A stretch of 64,000 nucleotides of DNA from a virus. The position numbers and the translations under genes were made by a program. The stretch is from IMG/VR virus record IMGVR_UViG_3300009161_000023, positions 96,001 through 160,000 of that record, one strand, 5' to 3'. The notes under the pieces are model-generated. The model searched no databases, was not told the origin of the DNA, and saw only the letters and a list, made by a program, of their open reading frames with translations. Each line of letters begins with the position of its first letter. Positions within the stretch are counted from its first letter, which is position 1. Shown here piece by piece: positions 9,231 through 19,340 of the stretch.

Positions 9231-10237
9231 GATAAGGATGCCTCTGCTGCAATATAACAGCCTCTAGTTACACTAAACAAAGGATCAGGTGGCATTATTA
9301 CATTTCCAATTGGAATGCTTAAATCGGCACTTTTAATTGTTTGTTCAAATATTTCTTTAAATCCATCTATACTTGCAGTTCCACCAGCTACAACAAAATC
9401 AATTGGTTCAGCAATTCTTACTGATTTACCAGCATTTGCTAATCCATTCTTAATACCGACTACAGTTTTTTCAATCATCAACTTATATTGAGTTTGTATT
9501 GCTCTTTCAATCAAGTTTGTTGGTTCTTTTATTAGACTAACTTTCATTTTTTCTTTATTTATGAAAGTTGGGCTTTCGCCAGTAGCCTTTGCAGCTTGTT
9601 TATCAATCCAATCTCCTGAATTTACTATTGCAAATTGAAAAATTGGATTTCCATACATTGCAAAACAAACATTAACCATGCCCCCACCGCAACTACAACT
9701 TATACCTGTAAAATTTTTATTTCCTAATTCAGCATAGACTAATGCTAATGCTTCATTTATTGGTCTAGATTCTAATTTTGATCCATTGTTAGATTCATAA
9801 GCATTAAAAATAGCTTGTAATACCTTGCTGTGATAATCAGCATCTGTTTCTAAGTTAATTGCATTTGCTGGCACACAATAATACAAAAGAGAATTTTCTT
9901 GAATATCACCAATTAAACTATGTATCATAATGCTTAAAATTTGAAATGCATCTTTTTCTTTAGGATTCACACATCCATCACACATCGGTCTTTTTAATTC
10001 TAAGCTAGGTAAAGTATAAGCCATGTTTACAGCAGATTCGCCTAATGCATATGCTACCTTTCCTTTTTCAATTAATGGAACGCCTGCATTTTTCATCATG
10101 TTGAAAACGAATCTGTTTTCTAAAGGTAGCTCTAAGAAAGCATTAATTTCTTTTTTGTATGAAAACTCTTCTTTGTTTTTCTTGCTACAAATTAAAGTAT
10201 ATGTGCCAACATCGAATCCAATAATTGATTTTGCCAT
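9227..10237 (-). CDS. actin-like ATPase (volactin/MamK-related)
   Basis: Phosphate-1 GFDVGT, connect-1 PINEALA, phosphate-2 SCGGGMVN, adenosine VVAGGTAS, connect-2 PLFSVTRG; SD AAGGAAG. Confidence 0.9.
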   Translation of the reverse strand: MAKSIIGFDVGTYTLICSKKNKEEFSYKKEINAFLELPLENRFVFNMMKNAGVPLIEKGKVAYALGESAVNMAYTLPSLELKRPMCDGCVNPKEKDAFQILSIMIHSLIGDIQENSLLYYCVPANAINLETDADYHSKVLQAIFNAYESNNGSKLESRPINEALALVYAELGNKNFTGISCSCGGGMVNVCFAMYGNPIFQFAIVNSGDWIDKQAAKATGESPTFINKEKMKVSLIKEPTNLIERAIQTQYKLMIEKTVVGIKNGLANAGKSVRIAEPIDFVVAGGTASIDGFKEIFEQTIKSADLSIPIGNVIMPPDPLFSVTRGCYIAAEASLS

Positions 10238-10246
10238 GACTTCCTT

Positions 10247-10489
10247 TTATTTACCAAAGTTTAAATTGTTTGTCTTTGTGGATTTAAAATCAGGTATCTC
10301 CCACATAGGATTTTCTTCTTTTTCTTTAGTATCATTAGTTAAATTTATAATAGTGTTTTGTGGAGAATTTTGAGAATTAAAATTAGGCATACCAGTAAAA
10401 TTGATATTTACATCTAGTGTTATATGAAGAGAACACTCTCCATCTTTTGTAACTACTTTCACTTTATTGTTGTCTATTTTGTAAACCAT
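10247..10489 (-). CDS. small protein upstream of the actin gene
   Basis: Start moved to MVYKID (10489), 4 nt after the upstream gene stop; ends WEIPDF...LNFGK. Confidence 0.6.
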   Translation of the reverse strand: MVYKIDNNKVKVVTKDGECSLHITLDVNINFTGMPNFNSQNSPQNTIINLTNDTKEKEENPMWEIPDFKSTKTNNLNFGK

Positions 10490-10493
10490 AGTA

Positions 10494-11459
10494 TTAAAAA
10501 TATTTATTAATAAGCTCTTCGATTTTTCCAACGAATTCTTCATTAGTTAATTCAGAAACACAAGGTTTATTACTTATTACATTTGTTTTAGTACAAGCAC
10601 CATAATTCCAGCAAGGGCCACAATCCCAATTACCATTTTTCCTATGTCTTTGTAAAACAATTGTATTTTTATAATACTTGCAATATACATATCCATCTAC
10701 ATAGCTAAAAATTGCTAAATTTGGTTTATTTAACCCACCAGAGCAGTGTAAATGTCCTGTATCTACAGTTATTGTTGCTTTTGATAAGTAATGGGCAGCA
10801 ATTACATCATCAAAAGAATTTAAGCATAAAAATGGATATCCTTTTCCTATTAAACTTAAATTAATTTGATTATGTAAAATTATACAATTAATTTTCCTCT
10901 GATATAAATACTTCAATATAAATTCAATTTGACCAACTAATAAATCTTTAGCTGGTTGAGCAGAAAAAGGGCATAATAATACAACAGGAGCTTTATTAAA
11001 TATTATAAATTTTTCAATATAAGAGTTTACTTTGATTATCGATTCTTCTCTTGGAGACAAATACATATTATGATTCTCAGGGTAGACACCACAATGTTCA
11101 GCCCATATGTCACTTCTGTGAGTAACACAATTAACTAAATATTTCCATTCGTGTCTAATGCAAGCATTTTTTAAATCAAATACTTTTATAAAATCATTTT
11201 TATTTATTGATCCTGAATCTGAAATTTCATCTATAAAAGGATGGGATCCTATAGAGTGATAAGCTTTTGGAATTGACCAATTAATATAAAAATGAGGATA
11301 TTTTTTCTTTATATCTTCAAACATCATTCTCATCATTAGAATGTCACCAAACCCACCCATTTCTCTCAAAAATAATATTTTTTTTCTTTTATTATAATAT
11401 TCATCAATTTTATTTATGTAAATATCATTGTTTGGTTTTTTAATTAAACATTTAAGCAT
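10494..11459 (-). CDS. glycosyltransferase family 9 (heptosyltransferase-like)
   Basis: REMGGFGDILM, LLCPFSAQPAKD, ITVDTGHLHCSGGLNKP; Cys-rich tail CGPCWNYGAC. Confidence 0.85.
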   Translation of the reverse strand: MLKCLIKKPNNDIYINKIDEYYNKRKKILFLREMGGFGDILMMRMMFEDIKKKYPHFYINWSIPKAYHSIGSHPFIDEISDSGSINKNDFIKVFDLKNACIRHEWKYLVNCVTHRSDIWAEHCGVYPENHNMYLSPREESIIKVNSYIEKFIIFNKAPVVLLCPFSAQPAKDLLVGQIEFILKYLYQRKINCIILHNQINLSLIGKGYPFLCLNSFDDVIAAHYLSKATITVDTGHLHCSGGLNKPNLAIFSYVDGYVYCKYYKNTIVLQRHRKNGNWDCGPCWNYGACTKTNVISNKPCVSELTNEEFVGKIEELINKYF

Positions 11460-11474
11460 AACTTATTATAATAA

Positions 11475-11504
11475 AAAAAGTCATCTTGTTAAAGATGACT
11501 TTTT
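11475..11504. terminator. intrinsic terminator hairpin
   Basis: AAAAAGTCATCTT-GTTA-AAGATGACTTTTT, 13-bp stem, downstream of the 11529..12095 gene. Confidence 0.8.
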
Positions 11505-11528
11505 ATTTTTTAAAGTTTTATATGCTTT

Positions 11529-12095
11529 TTAGGTATAGCAAATACTTTTTACGCCAGCAATAATTTGAATAGAAGCAGATCCTGCACCAGCAGCAGAGAA
11601 ACCAAGACTAGTAATTTGCAAATCGCCATGATTAAAAGTTTGGGTAGAAGTTGAACCAATTGTGAACTGTGCAGATGGTAATCCGTTTAGTTCGCAAACA
11701 ACATCATCTTCACCATTGTTTGTTATTTGAATAAATGATGCAAATGAATTATAAAGAGTTAAATAATTAATAGCTTCTACAATAGAAGTTGTAACAGTAG
11801 TGACATTAGTTACTACTGGGAAACTATTTTCACTTGGATCATTACTGTATACAGATCCATCATCGGTTACAGTTTCAACAATAGCATCTTCATAAGATGC
11901 TTGAGGATAAGCAAATTTTTTCCAATAGTTACAATCAGTAAAAGTTTCACCATCCATTAATTCTCTGTAAATCCCATTAGGGCCAGCAACATACATTCCT
12001 CTTTGAACAGAAGGATTTATTTGTGATCCATTAGAAGGATTAATGTCTAATTTTCCTTGATCTATATTATTAAGGGCTACTTTAAATTCACTCAT
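11529..12095 (-). CDS. hypothetical beta-rich protein, possibly virion structural
   Basis: SD AAAGGAG; upstream ATATATA; beta-strand-rich C-terminus. Confidence 0.65.
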   Translation of the reverse strand: MSEFKVALNNIDQGKLDINPSNGSQINPSVQRGMYVAGPNGIYRELMDGETFTDCNYWKKFAYPQASYEDAIVETVTDDGSVYSNDPSENSFPVVTNVTTVTTSIVEAINYLTLYNSFASFIQITNNGEDDVVCELNGLPSAQFTIGSTSTQTFNHGDLQITSLGFSAAGAGSASIQIIAGVKSICYT

Positions 12096-12152
12096 TTTTT
12101 CTCCTTTAAGATTTATATTGTATTCTTACAATTATCTAATCTATATATAAAG

Positions 12153-12758
12153 CTAAGAGCTAAAAATGATATTTTCTGGGAAGATTTTCTTATAAATATC
12201 TTTACAATAGCTGTCTTCTACTAGAATTGTTTCTAACCCTCTGTATGCTCCTAGATATAATTCTGGGGATTCTAGACCAGCAATGCATCCTAATTCGTTT
12301 ACATTGTAATCCTCATTAACTATTTCATATCCTTTACTTATAATAAACTCTTTTAGATTTTTAAGCTTGTTTGAATTTAAAGTTGTCCTTCTAGTTGATT
12401 CTATTATTAAACATTTTTTTGATAAATTTTTTACTAGAGGCTCTTTCTTTACAACTAAATTAATATTCGTATCAAGAATCAACGATGTCAATGGATGAAC
12501 CTTGAAGTTTTCTTTACAATCATAAATACAACCAAACTTTTTCTTGTTGTTTATTAAGAAATCAAAATCAATAATGTTTTTTTGTTTATTAAAATTTCCA
12601 GATACTGATTTGTTGAATCCATAAAATATTTTCAACTCTGGGAAATATTCTTCTAGTTTTTTTCTAATTAACAAAAGAATTATTGGTATTTCTAAGTTGT
12701 GACTTAGATATGATATGCAGTAATTATTGTAAATCATATTATAATTTTCAATTATCAT
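12153..12758 (-). CDS. hypothetical protein, degenerate GT9-like C-terminus
   Basis: IAGLESPELYLGAYRGLETI echoes the GT9 motif; ATAAATA 5 nt before ATG 12758. Confidence 0.45.
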   Translation of the reverse strand: MIIENYNMIYNNYCISYLSHNLEIPIILLLIRKKLEEYFPELKIFYGFNKSVSGNFNKQKNIIDFDFLINNKKKFGCIYDCKENFKVHPLTSLILDTNINLVVKKEPLVKNLSKKCLIIESTRRTTLNSNKLKNLKEFIISKGYEIVNEDYNVNELGCIAGLESPELYLGAYRGLETILVEDSYCKDIYKKIFPENIIFSS

Positions 12759-12773
12759 GTATATATTTATTAT

Positions 12774-12935
12774 ATGGATGAAAAACAAAAAACAACTGAT
12801 ATTTTAATTGAAAGCAAAGAAGGTTTACAAGAATTAATGAATAATTTTGATAATAAAGAAGAAGCATTAATTAAATTACTTGAAATTATTAAAGAAAAGG
12901 GGAAATTAGATGAAGCATTTTTTATACCTTTGTAA
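12774..12935 (+). CDS. 53-aa hypothetical protein
   Basis: Hand-translated MDEKQKTTDIL...DEAFFIPL; diverges 15 nt from the ATG at 12758. Confidence 0.5.
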   Translation: MDEKQKTTDILIESKEGLQELMNNFDNKEEALIKLLEIIKEKGKLDEAFFIPL

Positions 12936-13257
12936 AAGGGATAAAAAAGGGGTTATCCTCCTTTTAACTTTAAATGGCGGGAAAATACCAATAACATACC
13001 TTAACGATTTTGATAATATTGGATTGCCAGATAATATAAAACAAAAATGTGAAAGATATTATGATTCTTTAAGATTTAATTGGCAAATTGTCGTTGAGTC
13101 AAATGATAACTTTGATATAATTAAAAAGAATCTTCATAAGAATGGTTATAAAAATATACAATTTGATAATGCTCCTTTGTTTTTCAACTTAGAATCAAAT
13201 AAATTGAATATTTTAGAAAAATTACCAAAAAAGATGTTGCAAAAAAAAATTATTTGA
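12910..13257 (+). CDS. hypothetical protein
   Basis: 115-aa ORF with a purine-rich SD. Confidence 0.6.
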   Translation: MKHFLYLCKRDKKGVILLLTLNGGKIPITYLNDFDNIGLPDNIKQKCERYYDSLRFNWQIVVESNDNFDIIKKNLHKNGYKNIQFDNAPLFFNLESNKLNILEKLPKKMLQKKII

Positions 13258-13319
13258 TTAAACTTAAAATTGTGTTGCTTGTTAAATTTATTTTGCTGTG
13301 TTTAAACACGGAGGTATTT

Positions 13320-13889
13320 ATGAACGGTGTTAAGAATTGGTTGGCATACGCTGGGTTGGCTTGCGTTACAGGCTTTGCAATTTTTCAAAATTATCAAATT
13401 AATAAATTGCAAATGATTAATCAAATTACTTTTGAAGCTCGCCATCTTACTGATGATAGCTTTAAAGAGTTATTCATGATAACAATGGGTAACATTCGTG
13501 ATAACCAAATGGAAAACATCAAAAGCACTGGTAAGGTAGAAGGAATGCTGGCTGTTATTTCAAATCAAAAACCACAAGACAGTGAAACATCTGCATTATG
13601 GCATGCTGGATATTACAGAGGCATTGATCAAAGCCAAGATATGGCTGCAATTTCTTATGAGACTGGATATCATGCTGCTTTAGATGATATTAGTTGTCCT
13701 ATAAACAAAAGACCAAACTCTGAAACCATAAAAGCTAAGAGTCCTTATAACAAAGATTCTTTAGATTCAGAACAAGATAATAAAATCAAGCCTGTTTCTA
13801 ATAATTCTAATGAAGGTAATAAGCCAAAAATTACTACCAGTCCTGAACAAAAAATTGCTCCTGTTAAAGATAAGCCTAATAATAATTAA
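13320..13889 (+). CDS. membrane-anchored hypothetical protein
   Basis: SD GGAGG; N-terminal hydrophobic segment WLAYAGLACVTGFAIF. Confidence 0.65.
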   Translation: MNGVKNWLAYAGLACVTGFAIFQNYQINKLQMINQITFEARHLTDDSFKELFMITMGNIRDNQMENIKSTGKVEGMLAVISNQKPQDSETSALWHAGYYRGIDQSQDMAAISYETGYHAALDDISCPINKRPNSETIKAKSPYNKDSLDSEQDNKIKPVSNNSNEGNKPKITTSPEQKIAPVKDKPNNN

Positions 13890-13906
13890 GGTATTAGTAT
13901 GTAATT

Positions 13907-13949
13907 TTTAAAAAAGCACCATCATTATTAATTTTGGTGCTTTTTTAAA
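13907..13949. terminator. bidirectional terminator between convergent genes
   Basis: TTTAAAAAAGCACCA ... TGGTGCTTTTTTAAA, 15-bp inverted repeat. Confidence 0.65.
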
Positions 13950-14221
13950 TTTTCTTTTTCTATCAGAAATTTGCCTTTTTTAGTTTCAATGATGATTAAT
14001 CCTTCAGTTGAAATTTCTGCGATCCTTCCTCCATGCTTTCTGAAATATTTAGCCATTTCATAATCATCATTATTTGAATCTACACTTTCAATAACTTCTA
14101 ATAAATTAGAAAAGCTTATTTTAGAATAAACTTTAACTCCTATAATATTATTATTATTTGTGTCTTGATCGTTTCCCAGCCATTTTTGAAATCCATCTAT
14201 TGAAAGATAATTTTTACTCAT
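13928..14221 (-). CDS. hypothetical protein
   Basis: 97-aa ORF, ATGA-coupled; N-terminal GFQKWL. Confidence 0.6.
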   Translation of the reverse strand: MSKNYLSIDGFQKWLGNDQDTNNNNIIGVKVYSKISFSNLLEVIESVDSNNDDYEMAKYFRKHGGRIAEISTEGLIIIETKKGKFLIEKENLKKHQN

Positions 14222-15132
14222 AATTTTAAATATTCTATTAGACTTTCTTTGTTTATATATGTAGCAAAATTAAAAGTTTTTTCTAAACCATGGTGAAAAA
14301 TATTTAAATTATTATTTTTTTTCTTTAACCAGAATACCATAGAGTCAATAATTGATTCCGATAATTTATTTTGTTGATATTGATAATGCAATTCATTGTT
14401 GTGTAAAATAGTTGCAGGTCTTTCTTTTTCAAAAGCCTCAGAACAATAAAGTAAAAATATATTTTTTGCATTACAATAATAACAATAATTAATTGCAGCA
14501 CAAATTGGATTTCTATAATCATCTAAATGTTTTGAATCATCATTTTTAACACTTGGATTGTAGTTTTCTAATGGAGTTGGATTGTAAAAATTTATATTTT
14601 TATATTTATAATAATCAATAAATTTATTATAAACCCTAGTGCTTAATAAACAATTTGGATAAAATTTATTACTAATATTGTTTAAGCATTCTTGAAAAGG
14701 ATTGTTTTCAACAAACAAATCAGGTAAAACTTTTATATTATTCCATTTTTTCAAAGAGTTATTAGTTAAAATAATAAATTTTTTATTAATGTTTATTTTT
14801 TCTAAAATGTTTTCTATGTTATTAAAACCAAAACCATCTGAGACTATTATTACATTTTTTTGACTTAAATCTTTTGGTTCAAATCTTGGAATGTTTGAAC
14901 CAATGTTTTTATTATCATTTTCAATGAAGAATTTTATTTCATCATCTTTATAAAGTTTATTAATATCAATTGGTCTTGCATGTGGCAAAGTAAAATTTCT
15001 TACCCATATATTTTTTTCTACATAAATATATTGATTGCCATTTTTATGATTTTTTATTGTTAAATTTTTATCTTTATTTTCTAGGAGGACACGGTATGAT
15101 TGCAAAACAGGGGAGGTCTTCGGCATTTTCAT
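14218..15132 (-). CDS. DUF115/MptE-like nucleotide-sugar-related protein (degenerate)
   Basis: NVIIVSDG, IILTNNSLKKW, PDLFV, PICAAINYCYY...NIFLL echo the DUF115/MAF pattern. Confidence 0.45.
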   Translation of the reverse strand: MKMPKTSPVLQSYRVLLENKDKNLTIKNHKNGNQYIYVEKNIWVRNFTLPHARPIDINKLYKDDEIKFFIENDNKNIGSNIPRFEPKDLSQKNVIIVSDGFGFNNIENILEKININKKFIILTNNSLKKWNNIKVLPDLFVENNPFQECLNNISNKFYPNCLLSTRVYNKFIDYYKYKNINFYNPTPLENYNPSVKNDDSKHLDDYRNPICAAINYCYYCNAKNIFLLYCSEAFEKERPATILHNNELHYQYQQNKLSESIIDSMVFWLKKKNNNLNIFHHGLEKTFNFATYINKESLIEYLKL

Positions 15133-18100
15133 CTCCAGTTAATTTCTTGTAATCAATCTCAACTTTTACTTCTATAGGTGATCCCTTGTAAACCATTTCA
15201 ATCTCTGGATTGTCAGGCATACTTAATTTTATTTCACTTGGAATTGAACCAATAAGTTCAATGTAATCTGGTATGCCTGTTACACTTATACTTGTTGGCA
15301 TGTTTTCAAAGTCAACTTTAATAGTTTTAGGAATTTCAATATCACTATGTAACTTAATAATTGAAGGTAAATTTTCACTGTTAATTTTAATAAATTCTGG
15401 AATTGAACCAGCATCAATGTTAATTTTTTCTGGTATGTTATGATTAATGTTAATTTCATTAGGTATTTGTTGATTAAATATTACATTAATATCTTTAATT
15501 TCTGGAACAATAACTGAAATATATTCTGGTATATCATGCAAAACCATAATATCGTTAATTTCAGGAACAACAAGCTTAATTTCATCTGGAATACCAACAA
15601 AATCATAATTAACTTCCATTCCTAATTCATCGTAGTAACCTTGTCCATTGTCACTAGGAGAAATATTTGTTTTCCCAGAGTTTAAAGCTGCTGACACAGC
15701 ATTCGAAGGACATACAACTCTTACTATACATGAAACAATAGGAGGAGTTCCCCAATCAACAGAAATTCTTGGTGGTCTACCATAATCTAAACTTATATTT
15801 GGAGGATTATCAAATTTAATAATTAATGATGGTGGTTTTCCAAAAGGTATTGGTGCAAATGATGGTGGCTTATCAAATCCAACTTTTGAAAATGAAGGAG
15901 GCGTATCAAAACTTACTTTTCCAAGTGAAGGTTTATCAAATCCAACTTTTGGAAACGAAGGTATATTTTCAAAACTTACCACAATCTTTGGCACTGGCCC
16001 AAAACTTATAAATCCAAATGATGGAGGTTCACAGAAGCTTATACATTCAAATGATGGAGGAGAACCAAAACTTATTAAAAAATTAGATGGTGTACAAAAA
16101 CTAATACATGGAATCTTTACACAAACACTTATGCAAGGCATCACAGAAGGAATTAAAAAGCTAATTGGTGGTATTAATGGTATATTGGAAACAAAACTAA
16201 TTGGTGGTATTTTTGGCGGGGGACAAATGCTAATACAACTAATAATAGGAACATTACAAAAACTTATACAGGGAGGAGTTGACCAACTTACAATTAAAGA
16301 TGGAGCCTTTTCAAATCTTATTTTTTCAAAGCTTGGTGGCTTTTCAAAACTAATAATATTTGGCAATGAAGGTATATTGCAGAAACTTATACATTTAGGA
16401 AAACTTGGTACATTAATAAAACTAATAGGTGTAAAACTTGGTGCATCACAAAAACTAACGCATGGAAACGATGGTGGCTTACAGAAGCTTATGCATGGAA
16501 ACGATGGTGCTTTTGTAAAACTAATAATATTTGGCAGTGAAGGTACATTGCAGAAACTTATACATTGAGGGAAGCTTGGCACATTACAGAAGCTTATACA
16601 TGCAAACGATGGTGCTTTTGCAAAGCTAATAATATTTGGCAGTGAAGGTACATTGCAGAAACTTATACATTGAGGGAAGCTTGGCACATTACAGAAGCTT
16701 ATACATGCAAACGATGGTGCTTTTGCAAAACTAATAATATTTGGCAATGAAGGTATATTGCAGAAACTTATACATTGAGGGAAGCTTGGCACATTACAGA
16801 AGCTTATACATGCAAATGATGGTGCTTTTGCAAAACTAATAACATTTGGCAATGAAGGTATATTGCAGAAACTTATACACTTAGGAAAACTTGGAACATT
16901 ACAGAAGCTTATGCATGTAAACGATGGTGCTTTTGCAAAACTAATAACATTTGGTAGTGAAGGTACATTGCAGAAACTTATGCACTTAGGAAAACTTGGT
17001 ACATTACGGAAACTTATAGCACTTGGTATACTTGGTAAGTTAACAAAACTTATAGATTTTGGTAAACTTGGTAAGTTAACAAAACTTATAGACTTGGGTA
17101 AACTTGGTACATTTACAAAACTTATAGACTTGGGTAAACTTGGTACATTTACAAAACTTATAGTGCAAAAACTTGGCACATTAACAAAACTTATAGTGCA
17201 AAAACTTGGCACATTAACAAAACTAATTGCTGGAAAACTTGGTGGTTTTTTAAAACTAATTGCTGGAAAACTTGGGGTTCTATCAAAACTAATCTTTGGA
17301 AAAGATGGTGGCTTTGCAAAACTAATAACTTTAGGGAAACTTGGTACATTAACAAAACTTATAGACTTAGGGAAACTTGGCAGATTAACAAAACTTATAG
17401 ATTTAGGGAAGCTTGGCACATTAACAAAACTTATAGACTTAGGAAAACTTGGTACATTTACAAAACTTATAGATTTAGGGAAACTTGGGACATTAACAAA
17501 ACTTATAGATTTAGGGAAACTTGGTACATTAACAAAACTTATAGCTCTACAAAAGCTTGGTATATTAACAAAACTAATCGGTGGAAACGATGGTGGCTTC
17601 GTAAAACTAATTGGTGCAAAAGATGGTGGTCTTGTAAAACTCAACTTTGGAAAACTTGGCGGTCTATCAAAGCTTATCTTTATAAACGATGGCGGTCTAT
17701 CAAAACTTATCTTTGGAAAAGATGGCGGTCTATCAAAACTAATCTTTGGAAAGCTTGGTGGTCTATCAAAACTAATCTTTGGAAAAGATGCTGGCTTTCC
17801 AAAGCTAATCTTTGGAAAACTTGGTGGTTTATCAAAACTAATCTTTGGAAAAGATGGCGGTCTTGCAAAACTCAACTTTGGAAAACTTGGTGGTTTATCA
17901 AAACTAATCTTTGGAAAAGATGGCGGTCTTGTAAAACTCAATTTTGGAAAAGATGGTATTGTAAAACTAATTGGTGGAAAAGTTGGTGGTCTTGTAAAAC
18001 TAATTGGTGCAAAACTTGGTGGTTTTCCAATGCTTATTTCTGGGAACTTTGGAGGACAAATACTAATACAAAATTTTGGAGGACAAATACTAATACAAAA

Positions 18101-19321
18101 ACTTGGAGGAAATAATTTAATTCCATCATTTGGATTAAATTTAATATTTATAACAGATGGAATACAAGGAAAAAAACAACTAATTGGTGGAATATTAGAT
18201 GGAGGAATAATCGTTATTACACTTGGAATATAATTTCCAATTGGTGGAATAACTACACTAATAATGCTAGGTATTGGTTCGGTAGGAATAATTAGTATTG
18301 TAGATGGAACATTAATAGGACTAAATTCAATTAATGACGGAATAGTATTTAGTGGGCCAAAATTAATTTGACTTGGTATTGGAGGAACAACTGATATGAT
18401 AGAAGGTATATTTATATTTGGAATACCAATATCAAAATTAGGAAATATTATAGGTGGAAGATTAATTATTGCATCTGGAACTTGAGGAATTGTAATATCT
18501 AAAGGAGGTAAGGCAGGACATTCAGGAATTTGAATAAATACTGGCTCTGGTGCTACTGGCAAAGTAGGTTCATTTGCATTATTTCTTATCGTTGGAGTTT
18601 GAACTATATTACAGTTATTTGTTTCTACATTAACAACTGGATCTATTTGAACAGATGTTGCATATAAATGCGTACCAGTTAATTCATTTGTAGTAGAAGT
18701 TCCATCGCCAAAATCAATTTTAAAATTTTTATAACCACCTATAATTTTTAAATTGTAACTTATAACAGTTCCGCTATTTGGATCTTTGCTTAATGTAATG
18801 ACAGAAAAATTTACATCTGGACATCCATAATCATCAAATATAGGAGGTGTATTGAATAAGTTTCTTATTTTCCAATCTAAAGTTTTTTGATCCTCATCAA
18901 AATCAATTCCAATAAAATTTTCAATATTTACAATTGCTTGAGCTAATTGATTGTGATGCTCAGCTACAACAAGACCTCTAATTGATACACCAGCTAAGTT
19001 ATAGCGAGTTGGCTTGCCACCTATATTCCTGATACAGTCTTTTAAAGCTACAACTTTTCCTGTTTGATAATCTTTATCAACTCTTCTGTAATAAAGAAGT
19101 TCACCTTCTATAGTTGCAAATCCATTATCTGGCCAAGGATCTTCAATTAAATTAGTATTTTTATAACCTTCAATATAAATTATTTCAGACCAAGCTTCAT
19201 TATCTACAACAAGAAATGACTCGGTAGTATTATGTACCTTGTATAAAGTATAATCAGAATCTATTCCTAAAGGATAGATTGGTTGTGGTATGAAGTTTTG
19301 TTCTTTGTCTATACTTTCCAA
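15074..19321 (-). CDS. large virion-associated protein: AEHHN domain, PKD-like domain and Pro-rich repeats
   Basis: TTG start; VVAEHHNQLAQAIVNIE; KIDFGDG; dozens of PSFPxISF units. Confidence 0.75.
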   Translation of the reverse strand: MESIDKEQNFIPQPIYPLGIDSDYTLYKVHNTTESFLVVDNEAWSEIIYIEGYKNTNLIEDPWPDNGFATIEGELLYYRRVDKDYQTGKVVALKDCIRNIGGKPTRYNLAGVSIRGLVVAEHHNQLAQAIVNIENFIGIDFDEDQKTLDWKIRNLFNTPPIFDDYGCPDVNFSVITLSKDPNSGTVISYNLKIIGGYKNFKIDFGDGTSTTNELTGTHLYATSVQIDPVVNVETNNCNIVQTPTIRNNANEPTLPVAPEPVFIQIPECPALPPLDITIPQVPDAIINLPPIIFPNFDIGIPNINIPSIISVVPPIPSQINFGPLNTIPSLIEFSPINVPSTILIIPTEPIPSIISVVIPPIGNYIPSVITIIPPSNIPPISCFFPCIPSVINIKFNPNDGIKLFPPSFCISICPPKFCISICPPKFPEISIGKPPSFAPISFTRPPTFPPISFTIPSFPKLSFTRPPSFPKISFDKPPSFPKLSFARPPSFPKISFDKPPSFPKISFGKPASFPKISFDRPPSFPKISFDRPPSFPKISFDRPPSFIKISFDRPPSFPKLSFTRPPSFAPISFTKPPSFPPISFVNIPSFCRAISFVNVPSFPKSISFVNVPSFPKSISFVNVPSFPKSISFVNVPSFPKSISFVNLPSFPKSISFVNVPSFPKVISFAKPPSFPKISFDRTPSFPAISFKKPPSFPAISFVNVPSFCTISFVNVPSFCTISFVNVPSLPKSISFVNVPSLPKSISFVNLPSLPKSISFVNLPSIPSAISFRNVPSFPKCISFCNVPSLPNVISFAKAPSFTCISFCNVPSFPKCISFCNIPSLPNVISFAKAPSFACISFCNVPSFPQCISFCNIPSLPNIISFAKAPSFACISFCNVPSFPQCISFCNVPSLPNIISFAKAPSFACISFCNVPSFPQCISFCNVPSLPNIISFTKAPSFPCISFCKPPSFPCVSFCDAPSFTPISFINVPSFPKCISFCNIPSLPNIISFEKPPSFEKIRFEKAPSLIVSWSTPPCISFCNVPIISCISICPPPKIPPISFVSNIPLIPPISFLIPSVMPCISVCVKIPCISFCTPSNFLISFGSPPSFECISFCEPPSFGFISFGPVPKIVVSFENIPSFPKVGFDKPSLGKVSFDTPPSFSKVGFDKPPSFAPIPFGKPPSLIIKFDNPPNISLDYGRPPRISVDWGTPPIVSCIVRVVCPSNAVSAALNSGKTNISPSDNGQGYYDELGMEVNYDFVGIPDEIKLVVPEINDIMVLHDIPEYISVIVPEIKDINVIFNQQIPNEININHNIPEKINIDAGSIPEFIKINSENLPSIIKLHSDIEIPKTIKVDFENMPTSISVTGIPDYIELIGSIPSEIKLSMPDNPEIEMVYKGSPIEVKVEIDYKKLTGDENAEDLPCFAIIPCPPRK
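15760..18560 (-). repeat. coding tandem repeat array (33/36-bp monomers, 105-bp higher-order unit)
   Basis: PSFPKISFDRP (11 aa) and PSFPKSISFVNV (12 aa) units; TACATTGAGG recurs at 16561, 16666 and 16771. Confidence 0.9.
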
Positions 19322-19340
19322 TTATTTACTTTCTTCTAAC

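Noticed and set aside
13320-13400. Lipoprotein (o-spanin) lipobox at GLAC
   Set aside because: The -3 residue is Gly and hydrophobicity continues past the Cys, which fits a TM anchor better.
16400-17950. Regular 33/36/105-bp repeats as a CRISPR array
   Set aside because: No unique spacers, units are in-frame multiples of 3, and no cas genes are present.
15826-18233. Plus-strand ORFs up to 456 aa with LRR-like GKLGTLTKLI repeats
   Set aside because: Antisense of the Pro-rich array; they break wherever the sense gene changes codon (e.g. CAATGT giving TGA).
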